From assembly GCA_964582975.1 (NCBI GenBank), contig CAZOUO010000004.1, positions 1-46,014 on the forward strand: a DNA stretch of 46,014 bases, in the 5' to 3' direction. How positions within the stretch are numbered: the first letter of the stretch is position 1; each line of letters begins with the position of its first letter. The notes under the pieces are model-generated. The model searched no databases and had not been told where the DNA came from. It saw only the letters and a program-made list of their open reading frames with translations. Below are positions 1 through 9,070 of the stretch, in pieces. A program made the translations under genes and the position numbers. Origin of the DNA: an uncultured Thermotogae bacterium. GTDB taxonomy: Bacteria; Bipolaricaulota; Bipolaricaulia; UBA7950; UBA9294.

Positions 1-174
1 CAACGGTGTGGGTGTAAAAGGGGTTTATTCCTGGATCGAACAAAGGTCCTGGATTTCTAATAGTAAAGAAGTTTTCGGTTCAAGCGGGCATCCTGGGACC
101 GAGCCTACCTGCGCGCGAGCACCGCTTGCCAGTTTACCCACACTAGATAGCGAAGAACCATCTAAAGAGGGCAC

Positions 175-2220
175 ATGAGACGTTCGGTTACCATGGTTAT
201 TTTATCGATAAGTAGGCTTTGCAAAACTGCTTGGCGACTGGATCCATATCGGCGACTCTGTCTGAAAGCACCAGAAAACCGCAGGGCTCTGCGATTAACG
301 GTCGTGGTGATCGGACTTTTCTTTCTGCTGACTCATGCAGCGATTGCTGCTTTTCCATTCCCACAGCGTGCCCCAGTGAATCCAGAGTACGTTAAGTACA
401 AAGAAACGCTTCGCACAATGGCGTACTGGAGGTTTCAAACGGAAGAAGGCTACGCGCTTGGTCTTGTTCCAAGCCCGGTTGACTTCAGCCGCGTGACGGC
501 GACGCCGATTCGTGAGGTTTCTCCACGCGATGTTCTTTCGTTGCCATCAAGCTACGATCTGCGGACTCTCGGAAGGGTTACTGCAGTCAGGGATCAGGGT
601 GGATGCGGCTCCTGTTGGGCGTTTGGGGCGATAGCGTCTCTTGAGTCGTGGCTGCTCACCGCCGCGGTCGGGGCTTGGGACCTGTCCGAGAACAACTTCA
701 AGGAGTGCCACGGCTTTGCCTACGGCCCGTGCGAAGGCGGAAACCGCTTCATGAGCACCGCCTATTTTGCCAGACGCAGTGGACCGGTCAGTGAAGCGGA
801 TGACCCCTATTATCCTTACGCGACTGGGTGCACAGCCGGGCTGACTGTTCGCAAGTTTCTTAGGGACGTTTCGATGCCCCCAAACAGGACAGGTTCTTTG
901 GATAACGACACCATCAAGCAGGTGGTGATGGATTACGGCGCGATGTACACGGGCATGTACTGGGAGAGTGCTTACTATCGATCCGACGAAAGCACCTACT
1001 ACTATCCAGGAACGTTGGGAAGCAACCACGCTGTCGCCATCGTCGGGTGGGACGACAACTTTGACCGAACTCTCTTTGCCTCGCAGGCCCCGGCTTCGCT
1101 ACCACCTGAGGATGGCGCGTGGATTGTCCGAAACAGCTGGGGATCTGGCTGGGGGGATGGTGGGTACTTTTACGCGTCGTACTACGACAGCAAGATCGGC
1201 AGAGGTAATGCAGTCTTCATTAATGCCACCGATCCTGACGCAACAGAGTTGTATCAGTACGATTCACTGGGCTGGGTCACCAACTGGGGTTATTCCTCCA
1301 ACACGGCATGGGGCGCCAATGTTTTCACCGCTTCTTCAAACGGGAGCATCACCGCGGTGGCAACGTACGCTTCGACGAGCAATACGGCGTATGAGATCAT
1401 GGTTAAGGATGGGTTAAATGGGAGTGTTCTGGCCAGCAAGACAGGCACGTGGCCGTTTGCCGGCTATCACACCGTCGATCTTGCCACGCCAGTGTCAATC
1501 TCATTAGGCGATACCTTCGTCATTGCTGTTAGGTACACCACGCCAGGCTACAACTACCCAGTTCCTGCCGAGTGCGTGGATTCGTGGTACTCTCCCGCCG
1601 CCACGGCCAACCCCGGAGAAAGCTACATCAGCTCGGATGGCAACACCTGGTCGGACATTGTCACTGCCACGTGGGGTGACCCCACCTGCAACATCTGTAT
1701 CAAGGCGATCGTCTCACCGGGTCCCAGTACCGCAGTCTTCCGCGTCGACAAAACAGGAAACGTCTACGCCGAAGGATCCTACTACGGCGCCGGGTTCTAC
1801 ACCGGCTCAGCGGACGTGGCAGAATGGGTCCCCGTGAGCGAGGAGGTGGAACCAGGCGATGTCCTGGAGCTTGATCCGGATAATCCCGGCCACTATCGAA
1901 AGACGCGCGGTCCCTGTTCTACACTTGTGGGGGGCGTAGTCTCGACAGACCCCGGCGTCGTCCTCGGTTCTTCCCCGACTCTGGACATTGGACCTTCGAC
2001 TTTGGACTCAGCGCTTTTAGCGCTGCTCGGCATCGTACCCGTGAAGGTGACCGACGAGGGTGGACCGATCGAGCCGGGGGATCTCCTCGTCACCTCATCG
2101 CTGCCAGGCTTTGCCATGAAGCGGAATCCTGCCAGCACAGCATCCTGTGATCTGGTTGGCAAGGCATTGGAGTCTCACAGGTCTGGCATGGGCCTCATTC
2201 GCGTTCTCCTGATGCATTAA
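175..2220 (+). CDS. Secreted papain-like (C1A) cysteine protease with lectin-like domain and shared C-terminal ADVAE domain
   Basis: Catalytic motifs QGGCGSCWAF (Cys), SNHAVAIVGW (His) and VRNSWG (Asn); hydrophobic signal-like segment LTVVVIGLFFLLTHAAIA; YQYD..GW lectin-like domain. True start may be downstream of 175. Confidence 0.9.
   Translation: MRRSVTMVILSISRLCKTAWRLDPYRRLCLKAPENRRALRLTVVVIGLFFLLTHAAIAAFPFPQRAPVNPEYVKYKETLRTMAYWRFQTEEGYALGLVPSPVDFSRVTATPIREVSPRDVLSLPSSYDLRTLGRVTAVRDQGGCGSCWAFGAIASLESWLLTAAVGAWDLSENNFKECHGFAYGPCEGGNRFMSTAYFARRSGPVSEADDPYYPYATGCTAGLTVRKFLRDVSMPPNRTGSLDNDTIKQVVMDYGAMYTGMYWESAYYRSDESTYYYPGTLGSNHAVAIVGWDDNFDRTLFASQAPASLPPEDGAWIVRNSWGSGWGDGGYFYASYYDSKIGRGNAVFINATDPDATELYQYDSLGWVTNWGYSSNTAWGANVFTASSNGSITAVATYASTSNTAYEIMVKDGLNGSVLASKTGTWPFAGYHTVDLATPVSISLGDTFVIAVRYTTPGYNYPVPAECVDSWYSPAATANPGESYISSDGNTWSDIVTATWGDPTCNICIKAIVSPGPSTAVFRVDKTGNVYAEGSYYGAGFYTGSADVAEWVPVSEEVEPGDVLELDPDNPGHYRKTRGPCSTLVGGVVSTDPGVVLGSSPTLDIGPSTLDSALLALLGIVPVKVTDEGGPIEPGDLLVTSSLPGFAMKRNPASTASCDLVGKALESHRSGMGLIRVLLMH
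1732..2217 (+). repeat. Shared C-terminal domain, copy 1 (VFRVDK..GSADVAEW..GIVPVKV..GDLLV..GKALE)
   Basis: Highly similar at nucleotide level to 3921-4409 and at protein level to 12974-13462. Confidence 0.9.
1973..2007 (+). repeat. Degenerate heptamer array (5 units, NNNNGAC) inside coding sequence
   Basis: ccccgac tctggac attggac cttcgac tttggac. Confidence 0.75.
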
Positions 2221-2267
2221 AGCGAACCTTTGGCCACGGTGAAGTGTATCAATTACAGGAGGATGCC

Positions 2268-4412
2268 ATGAGGTGGAAGCGTATGCAGGGATTGACCGGT
2301 GCGGGGATAATCCTAGTGCTCTTGGCGGTGCAAGCAATTGGCGGCGCTAGGAATGCCTCCGCTTTCATCCCTCGAGATGAGATTCATCCTCGCTTGGAGA
2401 CGGTCCTTCAGGCCCTTGCACGCACGGCACAAGTTGGTCCGGCCGCGTTGGCTGATTTTGCTCGGGGCAGGGGAATCCCTTTGACTGATGAGACGGTTCG
2501 GGTGGTTATTGAGCCGGTTTCTGGAGCCGTATCCGCTATTGACCGCGCAGCGGTTGCAGCGTTGGGTGGGGTAATTGAAGCAAGCTCTGAAAGTTTGATG
2601 CGGGTGCGAGTTCCGGTTGGCCGACTAGAGCAGGTTGCTGATCGCGTTGAGGGGATCGTGTTCATCCGCTTGCCCTACCAACCACGGCCTTTGGTGACGA
2701 GCCAGGGAGTAGAGCTCACAGGAGCGTCCGATTTCCATGGCGCTGGCTACTACGGGCAGAACACCAGGGTGGCAGTCATCGATTTGGGGTTCATTGGCCT
2801 CACCGCGGCGCAGAATGCCGGTGAGCTCGACAACGTGGTCTACACGCACGACTTTGGGTCCGGCGGGGTAGAGAGTTATACGTCTCATGGGACCGCTGTC
2901 GCGGAAATCGTGGCCGACATGGCCCCTCAGGCCTCCCTTTACCTCATGAAGGTCGATGATGAAGTCGATCTGCAAAACGCTGTCACTTACTGCGTTAACA
3001 ACGGAATCGACATCGTCAATCACTCCGTTGGGTGGTACAACACCAACTACTACGACGGCACCGGTACAGTAGCAGGGGCTGCCAATACTGCTCGTGATAA
3101 TGGAATCCTGTGGGTGAACGCAGCGGGAAACGACGCCGACGGTGTCGCTGGGTATACCGGTCACTGGCAGGGTGCTTTTGCCGATGGCGATGGAGACAAC
3201 TGGCACGACTTCGCGGCCGGAGATGAGAGGAACAGCTTCTATCTTGCCTTGGGAGAGACCGTTGATATCTACATGACATGGGATGATTGGGAATTCAGCG
3301 CCCAAGATTATGACCTATATCTCTACGATCCGGGTGGAGGCGAAGTCGACTGGTCTGAAAATGTGCAGGACGGGTCTCAGCATCCCACAGAATGGATTGA
3401 GTACACTACGACGACCAGTGGGTACCATTCCTTCGCCATCTATCGTTGGAATGCCCCGGCGAGCCCAGAAATTGAGGTCTTCTTGTGGAACAACACTGGC
3501 ACGGCGCTTGGGCTTGAACACAACGTCTACGAAAGCAGCATCGTCACCCCTGGCAACTCATCTAAGGTCATGGCTGTCGGAGCGATTCACCGTGGCAATT
3601 GGACGACCGGTCCCCAGGAGACGTACAGCTCTCAAGGGCCGTCCAATGCGAGCAAGTACGCTTCAAGCCGGATCAAACCGGATATCATGGGCCCAGACAG
3701 TGTGTCCAATTACACCTACGGCGGATTTGCGGGCACCTCAGCCTCTTCACCCCATGTCGCGGGAGCGGCGGCGTTGCTGCTTTCCGAGGACCCGACAAGG
3801 ACGGCCGACCAACTCCGAACAAAGCTGGAGGCAGACGCCATTGATATGGGAACTTCGGGCAAAGACAACATCTATGGATCGGGCCGGCTGAATATGCAGC
3901 TCGTGTCCTCTGGAACAGAGGCGGTCTTTCGCGTCGACAAAGTAGGCAATGTCTACGCCGATGGCTCTTTCTACGGTGCCGGCTTCTACACCGGCTCGGC
4001 CGATGTCGCCGAATGGGTCCCCGTGAACGAGGAGGTGGAACCCGGCGATGTCCTGGAGCTCGATCCCGATAATCCGGGCCACTACCGAAAGACGTGCAGT
4101 CCCTGTTCCACGCTTGTGGGGGGCGTGGTCTCGACAGACCCCGGCATTGTCCTTGGATTGCCGTCCGAGACTCCCGACTCAGGACTCCCGACTCAAGATA
4201 TGGCCCTTCTTGCGCTGCTCGGCATCGTACCCGTGAAGGTGACCGACGAGGGTGGACCGATCGAGCCGGGGGATCTATTGGTTACGTCTGGCACTCCAGG
4301 CCATGCTATGCGTTGGGATCCAGAGAATAAAGGCATCTGTGATTTTGTCGGCAAGGCCTTGGGTCCCCTACAAGAAGGCACGGGAACGATTCGCGCCCTG
4401 TTGATGCGATAA
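2268..4412 (+). CDS. Secreted S8 subtilisin-like serine protease with shared C-terminal ADVAE domain
   Basis: VAVIDLGF (Asp), SHGTAVA (His), FAGTSASSPHVAG (Ser); signal peptide; GGAGG before ATG 2268. Confidence 0.92.
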   Translation: MRWKRMQGLTGAGIILVLLAVQAIGGARNASAFIPRDEIHPRLETVLQALARTAQVGPAALADFARGRGIPLTDETVRVVIEPVSGAVSAIDRAAVAALGGVIEASSESLMRVRVPVGRLEQVADRVEGIVFIRLPYQPRPLVTSQGVELTGASDFHGAGYYGQNTRVAVIDLGFIGLTAAQNAGELDNVVYTHDFGSGGVESYTSHGTAVAEIVADMAPQASLYLMKVDDEVDLQNAVTYCVNNGIDIVNHSVGWYNTNYYDGTGTVAGAANTARDNGILWVNAAGNDADGVAGYTGHWQGAFADGDGDNWHDFAAGDERNSFYLALGETVDIYMTWDDWEFSAQDYDLYLYDPGGGEVDWSENVQDGSQHPTEWIEYTTTTSGYHSFAIYRWNAPASPEIEVFLWNNTGTALGLEHNVYESSIVTPGNSSKVMAVGAIHRGNWTTGPQETYSSQGPSNASKYASSRIKPDIMGPDSVSNYTYGGFAGTSASSPHVAGAAALLLSEDPTRTADQLRTKLEADAIDMGTSGKDNIYGSGRLNMQLVSSGTEAVFRVDKVGNVYADGSFYGAGFYTGSADVAEWVPVNEEVEPGDVLELDPDNPGHYRKTCSPCSTLVGGVVSTDPGIVLGLPSETPDSGLPTQDMALLALLGIVPVKVTDEGGPIEPGDLLVTSGTPGHAMRWDPENKGICDFVGKALGPLQEGTGTIRALLMR
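3921..4409 (+). repeat. Shared C-terminal domain, copy 2
   Basis: Near-identical to 1732-2217 apart from the variable loop and the last ~40 codons. Confidence 0.9.
4165..4199 (+). repeat. Degenerate heptamer array (5 units) inside coding sequence
   Basis: ccgagac tcccgac tcaggac tcccgac tcaagat, at the same position in the domain as 1973-2007. Confidence 0.75.
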
Positions 4413-4507
4413 GGCGAAGGTTCAGCAATAAACGTAGTTCAGGGACGGGTTTTACTGCTGGTGCGAAAAAACATCTGTCAGGGTTCGTTGCCAAAGGTGG
4501 CGTGCCC

Positions 4508-4536
4508 TTGACAAGAAAGCTCCGTAATTGTATAAT
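4508..4536 (+). promoter_or_regulatory. Consensus sigma70 promoter
   Basis: TTGACA-17 nt-TATAAT, 37 nt upstream of ATG 4574. Confidence 0.9.
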
Positions 4537-4550
4537 TCATTCGTTGAATT
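4534..4550. promoter_or_regulatory. Palindromic operator overlapping the -10 box and start site
   Basis: AATTCA-ttcgt-TGAATT directly upstream of a winged-helix regulator gene. Confidence 0.6.
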
Positions 4551-4573
4551 CGAAAGCTGAATGGTAGGTTTGT

Positions 4574-5443
4574 ATGGAGGAAAAAGAGGATAAAGCGGCA
4601 TTGCGAGAGCTTGAGCTCCTCGAGGCGCTGGCCGAGAATCCAGAAGCCCGGCAGGTGGATCTCGCCACGCGCCTCGGGGTAGCCGTGGGAACAGTTAACT
4701 GGCTGCTCAAGCGCCTATCAACGAAAGGATATGTCAAAATCAAGCGAATCGGACGCTGGCAATGGCGGTACCTCCTCACCCCCCGGGGCTTTGCGGAGAA
4801 ATCGCGGCTGACCCAGCGGTATCTTAAGAACTCCATGACCCTCTACCGAAAGACGCGCCAGGAGGCCCGCCGGCTCCTGGGTGCTTTACGGGAGAGCGGG
4901 TATAACCAGGTGTGCCTGGAAGGCGATCCGGAGAACGATCTGCTGGACGTCTGCCGCCTGACGTGTCTTGAACAGGAGATAGCGATCGCTAAGGCTGGAA
5001 ACCCTTTAGCCGATGGGGAAGTGCCAACATTACGGGTGGTAGGGCAGGAGCTAACACTCGCAGGGCCGCAAGGAAAGCCACCATCCAGACAGGGAGAGCA
5101 AGGACGGAAAATCGATCAGCGGCTTTCTGAGGTCATCGAGCGAATTGTCGAGGTTGCCCAGCCGGAGAAGATCATTCTCTTCGGTTCTGCGGCGCGTGGG
5201 AAAATGGGGCGAAACAGCGATTTGGATCTGCTGGTCGTAAAGTCTGGAGACTACCATAAGGGTCGCCTGACTGGCGAGATCTATATGCATCTAATCGGGG
5301 TGGGCCAGGCCGTCGATGTGGTTCTCGTGACTCCAGAGGATGTCGACCGATATCGAAACTCGCATCCTCTCGTAATAAAACCCGCTCTGCAGGAGGGGAA
5401 GGTCGTCTATGAACGCGAGCCCGAAACGATATCCGCCGGATGA
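4574..5443 (+). CDS. MarR-like (EPS-associated) winged-helix regulator fused to a minimal nucleotidyltransferase (MNT) domain
   Basis: N-terminal ARQVDLATRLGVAVGTVNWLLKRL..YLLTPRGFAEK; C-terminal IILFGSAARG..SDLDLLVV (GS-x10-DxD). Confidence 0.85.
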   Translation: MEEKEDKAALRELELLEALAENPEARQVDLATRLGVAVGTVNWLLKRLSTKGYVKIKRIGRWQWRYLLTPRGFAEKSRLTQRYLKNSMTLYRKTRQEARRLLGALRESGYNQVCLEGDPENDLLDVCRLTCLEQEIAIAKAGNPLADGEVPTLRVVGQELTLAGPQGKPPSRQGEQGRKIDQRLSEVIERIVEVAQPEKIILFGSAARGKMGRNSDLDLLVVKSGDYHKGRLTGEIYMHLIGVGQAVDVVLVTPEDVDRYRNSHPLVIKPALQEGKVVYEREPETISAG

Positions 5444-5816
5444 CCCCCGGGAGTGGCTGAACCGGGCACGGAGCAACTTGTTGCTGGCAGAGAGCGAGAA
5501 AGGGGATGTGTATCTGGAAGATCTCTGTTTTCATGCGCAGCAAGCTGCCGAAAAGGCGGTCAAGGCATTGCTGATTCATCGGGAAGTGGAGTATCCCTAT
5601 GCCCATGATCTTGCAGAGCTCTTGACCCTTCTACAGCTGGCTGGACTGGACCTTCCCGAATCGGTTAGGAAAGCCTCGAAACTCACACGTTTTGCCATTG
5701 TAACCCGTTACCCTGGCACCCAGGGGCCGGTCGCGCAGGAAGAGTATGAAGAAGCAATATCCGCTGCTGAAGAAGTGGTGCAATGGGTAGAAAGACAAGT
5801 GGGCAGTGAAGCGTAA
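5409..5816 (+). CDS. HEPN domain protein (partner of the MNT domain)
   Basis: CFHAQQAAEKAVKA, HDL and TRYP motifs; overlaps the MNT gene end. Confidence 0.88.
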   Translation: MNASPKRYPPDDPREWLNRARSNLLLAESEKGDVYLEDLCFHAQQAAEKAVKALLIHREVEYPYAHDLAELLTLLQLAGLDLPESVRKASKLTRFAIVTRYPGTQGPVAQEEYEEAISAAEEVVQWVERQVGSEA

Positions 5817-5924
5817 GGGCAAAGTGCAGGCCGCTGTGCGATTCTTGAGGTTACACGTTGAGACGCCCAGTGATGTAGTGGTGGTAGCGGCGGAACCCGT
5901 GTCCGCCGCAAGTGATCAAATGAG

Positions 5925-6308
5925 GTGGTAGGAAAGATGGCCAGCCGAACCTGGATAACTAACTCGAGCCAATACGTCTACCAACGGCCCTACGAGGACG
6001 CCTGGGGAACCCTACACGATCCGAGGACGGAATGGGACGAGCTTCTCAAGAATTACAAGCCGTGGGTCATGCTCCTCCAAGTTGGGGAAGGCACGCGGCG
6101 GATGGCTTGGCCAGCCTCCGTTGGAGCAGAAAAGATTATCCGCAAGCAGCGACAGCGGCAGCAAGACAGTGCGATGGCAGTTCGTGAGCTGGAAGCGGAC
6201 TACTTGCAAAAGACGCATAGCACAAAGCACTGGAGGCGTAGGCAGAAGAAAAAGTTGACTATGAGAAGTAAAGCGGCCTCTTGTGTAGAGGGCGCAACCG
6301 GCGCGTAA
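5925..6308 (+). CDS. Hypothetical protein or gene fragment
   Basis: Open frame on the operon strand with a protein-like first half; family not recognised. Confidence 0.3.
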   Translation: MVGKMASRTWITNSSQYVYQRPYEDAWGTLHDPRTEWDELLKNYKPWVMLLQVGEGTRRMAWPASVGAEKIIRKQRQRQQDSAMAVRELEADYLQKTHSTKHWRRRQKKKLTMRSKAASCVEGATGA

Positions 6309-6767
6309 GCGCTAGAGCAAAGCTGAGAGGCTTTGCTTCTTAGGTGCTGAGGGAGAGGACAAAAGACTGAGAAGATGTTGTTGGCATGTTTGTCAAAGTT
6401 ATTGAAATGAAAGACATGATATTTAAAAATTGTTTGTCATTGGGATGAATGCTACTTGGTAAGATTTGTTCAGCTTAAGGGTGGTATTGTGGCTTGTGTA
6501 CCGCGGCTAAGGAGGTTGCTAGATCAATCTTAGGATTCACTCGCTATTTGAAAGAGACGTTCCTCACTATCTTATGTGGATAGCTAACCGCAGTCAATCC
6601 TCTCTCGGCGTATGGGAGCTGACATTGGTAGTTTGGCTCGCTTGAGATGAGCAATTCCAGAATTTGCTTTTCCTTCCTTTATGGAAGTAGCAAGGGGGGG
6701 TGAGGAACTAACTTTTTCGGGAAGGTAGGTAGGCTTGGACGGAAATTTATCTAGAAGTGAAGGAGAT

Positions 6768-8078
6768 ATGGACAATCTTCTCAGTAAGATAAAGGCCGAG
6801 AAGGCAAAAATTGCTGTTATCGGCCTGGGCTATGTTGGTCTCCCTCTGGCGGTGGAGAAGGCCAAGGCCGGATTCCAGGTCGTGGGCATCGAGCGCAAGA
6901 AAGAGCGGGTCGATAAGGTCAATCGGGGAGAGAATTACATCCCCGATGTCCTTGATATCGAGTTGAAGGAGGTAGTCCAGAAGAAGCGGCTCTGGGCCAC
7001 CCAGAGCTTCGAGGTGGTCAAAGACGTCGATATCGTGACCATCTGCGTGCCCACCCCCTTAGACAAGAACAAGAATCCAGATACGAGTTACATCCAATAC
7101 GTGGTGGAGCAATCACTGCCCTACCTCCATCCTGGCCAGTTGATGGTTCTGGAGAGCACTACCTATCCCGGCACCACCGAGGAGATTATCCTCCCTCGGA
7201 TCGTCAGTCGAGGGTTCAAGGTCGGTGAAGATTTCTACCTGGCTTTCTCCCCGGAGCGGGTCGATCCCGGAAATAAGAAATACAAGGTGGCTAACACCCC
7301 CAAGGTGGTGGGCGGAGTCAGCCGTGAGTGTACTGAGGTGGCTAAAGCGTTATACGAACAGGTCGTTAAGGGAGGGATCCACACGGTCACCTCACCTAAG
7401 GTTGCGGAGATGGGAAAGCTCTTTGAGAATGTCTTCCGCATTGTCAACATCTCGTTGGTGGACGAGCTGGCGATGCTCTGTGAGCGGATGGGGATCGACG
7501 TCTGGGAAGTCATTGATGCCGCCAAGACGAAGCCCTTCGGGTTCATGCCTTTCTATCCAGGTCCCGGTCTAGGCGGACACTGCATCCCGTTGGATCCCTT
7601 CTATCTCTCCTGGAAGGCCAAGGAGTATGGTTTCCCCACCAGGTTCGTCGAGCTTGCCGGTGAGATCAACGATAAAATGCCGAGATACGTGGCCGAGAGG
7701 GTGTTGGAACTCTTGAATGAGCAGGGGAAGCCTCTGAAGGGTTCCCGCCTCCTGATGCTAGGGATGGCCTACAAGCGTGACGTGGACGATCTCCGGGAGT
7801 CCCCGGCGATCAAGGTGGCAAGGCTACTCCAAGAGCGAGGAGCTGAGCTTTCATACCATGATCCTTATGTTCCCATAGTTGAGATCAATGGTTTGGAATA
7901 TCGCTCGGTCAACCTCGCTCCTGAAATCCTTGAGAAGAGTGATCTAGTCCTGATAACCACGGACCATTCCAACGTGGACTATTCTGCGGTCGTAGAGCAT
8001 GCAGGGCTAATCTATGACACTAGAAACGCGTTAAAAGACTACAATTCTGATAAGATTTATAAGTTGGGGGCGTCATGA
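6768..8078 (+). CDS. UDP-N-acetylhexosamine 6-dehydrogenase (WbpA/WbpO/WecC-like)
   Basis: GLGYVG, ICVPTP, ESTTYPGTTEE, FSPERVDPGN, GGHCIP, YKRDVDDLRESP; AGGAG before ATG 6768. Confidence 0.92.
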   Translation: MDNLLSKIKAEKAKIAVIGLGYVGLPLAVEKAKAGFQVVGIERKKERVDKVNRGENYIPDVLDIELKEVVQKKRLWATQSFEVVKDVDIVTICVPTPLDKNKNPDTSYIQYVVEQSLPYLHPGQLMVLESTTYPGTTEEIILPRIVSRGFKVGEDFYLAFSPERVDPGNKKYKVANTPKVVGGVSRECTEVAKALYEQVVKGGIHTVTSPKVAEMGKLFENVFRIVNISLVDELAMLCERMGIDVWEVIDAAKTKPFGFMPFYPGPGLGGHCIPLDPFYLSWKAKEYGFPTRFVELAGEINDKMPRYVAERVLELLNEQGKPLKGSRLLMLGMAYKRDVDDLRESPAIKVARLLQERGAELSYHDPYVPIVEINGLEYRSVNLAPEILEKSDLVLITTDHSNVDYSAVVEHAGLIYDTRNALKDYNSDKIYKLGAS

Positions 8079-9070
8079 GGGTAGCGATCGTCGGCGCGGG
8101 AAACTGGGGGAAGCATCTGTTAAGGAATTTCTGCGAGCTCCTGGGCGAAGAGGATGTCATTGTGAGCGACATTGATGAGAAAAGGCTTAAGGAAGCGAAA
8201 GCCCAGCATGTGGGTATCGTCGTTACCCAGGACTTCGATAACTTGCTCATGGATAGAAGAATTGATGCCGTGGTCATTGCAACTCCTGTGGTGACCCACT
8301 TCGAGCTGGCTAAGAAGGCTCTAGAGGCAGGGAAGCACGTCCTGGTGGAGAAGCCGATCTCCTTGGATATCGATGAAGCCATGGAGCTAGTCAAGTTGGC
8401 AAGAAGAACCGGTAGAACACTAATGGTAGACCATCTCCTGGAATACCATCCGGTGGTGGAGGAGATGAAGCGGCGGATCGACTCTGGGGAGTTCGGGGAG
8501 ATCTATTATCTCTACTGCCAGCGGCTCAACCTGGGAGTCATAAGGACAGAAGAGAATGCCCTGTGGAGCGTTGGGCCGCACGATATCTCTGTAATATTGT
8601 ACTTGCTCGGCAAAGAGCCGATACGCGTATCCGCTCACGGAGGTGTCTATCTGCAAAAAGAGGAGGGCATTGACGATGTGGTCTTCTTGAACTTGGAGTT
8701 CAATAACGGAGTGCGGGCTCACTCCCACCTAAGTTGGCTTAATCCTTGCAAGATAAGAAAGATCACGGTGATAGGTAGCGAAAAGATGATGGTCTTTGAT
8801 GATCTGGCCCCGGAGAAGCTAAAAATCTTCGATAGGAGGGCGGAACGAGTGGAAGGAGGTTTTCAGCTTCATGCCGGAGGGACCTATGCGATTGAGTTTA
8901 ACTTAGAGGAAGAGCCCCTGAAGCGCATGGCCACGCACTTCCTGGAATCCATCAAGGATAACACTGCTCCAAGGAGCGACGGCCGAGATGGGCTACAGGT
9001 TTTGCAGGTGCTGGCCGCAGCCCAGAGATCCTTGGAGAAGGGCGGGAGGACCGTCGAGCCGGAGAGCTAA
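8075..9070 (+). CDS. Gfo/Idh/MocA oxidoreductase (WbpB-like 3-dehydrogenase)
   Basis: GAGNWG, IATP..H, GKHVLVEKP; ATGA overlap with the upstream gene. Confidence 0.88.
   Translation: MRVAIVGAGNWGKHLLRNFCELLGEEDVIVSDIDEKRLKEAKAQHVGIVVTQDFDNLLMDRRIDAVVIATPVVTHFELAKKALEAGKHVLVEKPISLDIDEAMELVKLARRTGRTLMVDHLLEYHPVVEEMKRRIDSGEFGEIYYLYCQRLNLGVIRTEENALWSVGPHDISVILYLLGKEPIRVSAHGGVYLQKEEGIDDVVFLNLEFNNGVRAHSHLSWLNPCKIRKITVIGSEKMMVFDDLAPEKLKIFDRRAERVEGGFQLHAGGTYAIEFNLEEEPLKRMATHFLESIKDNTAPRSDGRDGLQVLQVLAAAQRSLEKGGRTVEPES

Noticed and set aside
1-178. Open frame from the window edge ending in an ATGA overlap with the first gene
   Set aside because: Could be the 3' end of an upstream gene, but it is too short and motif-free to call
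547-4494. Numerous overlapping minus-strand and alternate-frame ORFs here and across the window (e.g. 2625-3305, 10570-11253, 35681-36526)
   Set aside because: Shadows of well-supported + strand genes with no recognisable motifs
5880-5891. ops/JUMPstart-like GGTGGTAGCGCG
   Set aside because: Two mismatches to the ops consensus, ~880 bp from the first sugar gene, and no RfaH-like gene in view
6310-6375. Purine-rich gctgagag/gctgaggg/actgagaa motifs as another short repeat array
   Set aside because: Not in constant phase; indistinguishable from chance by eye
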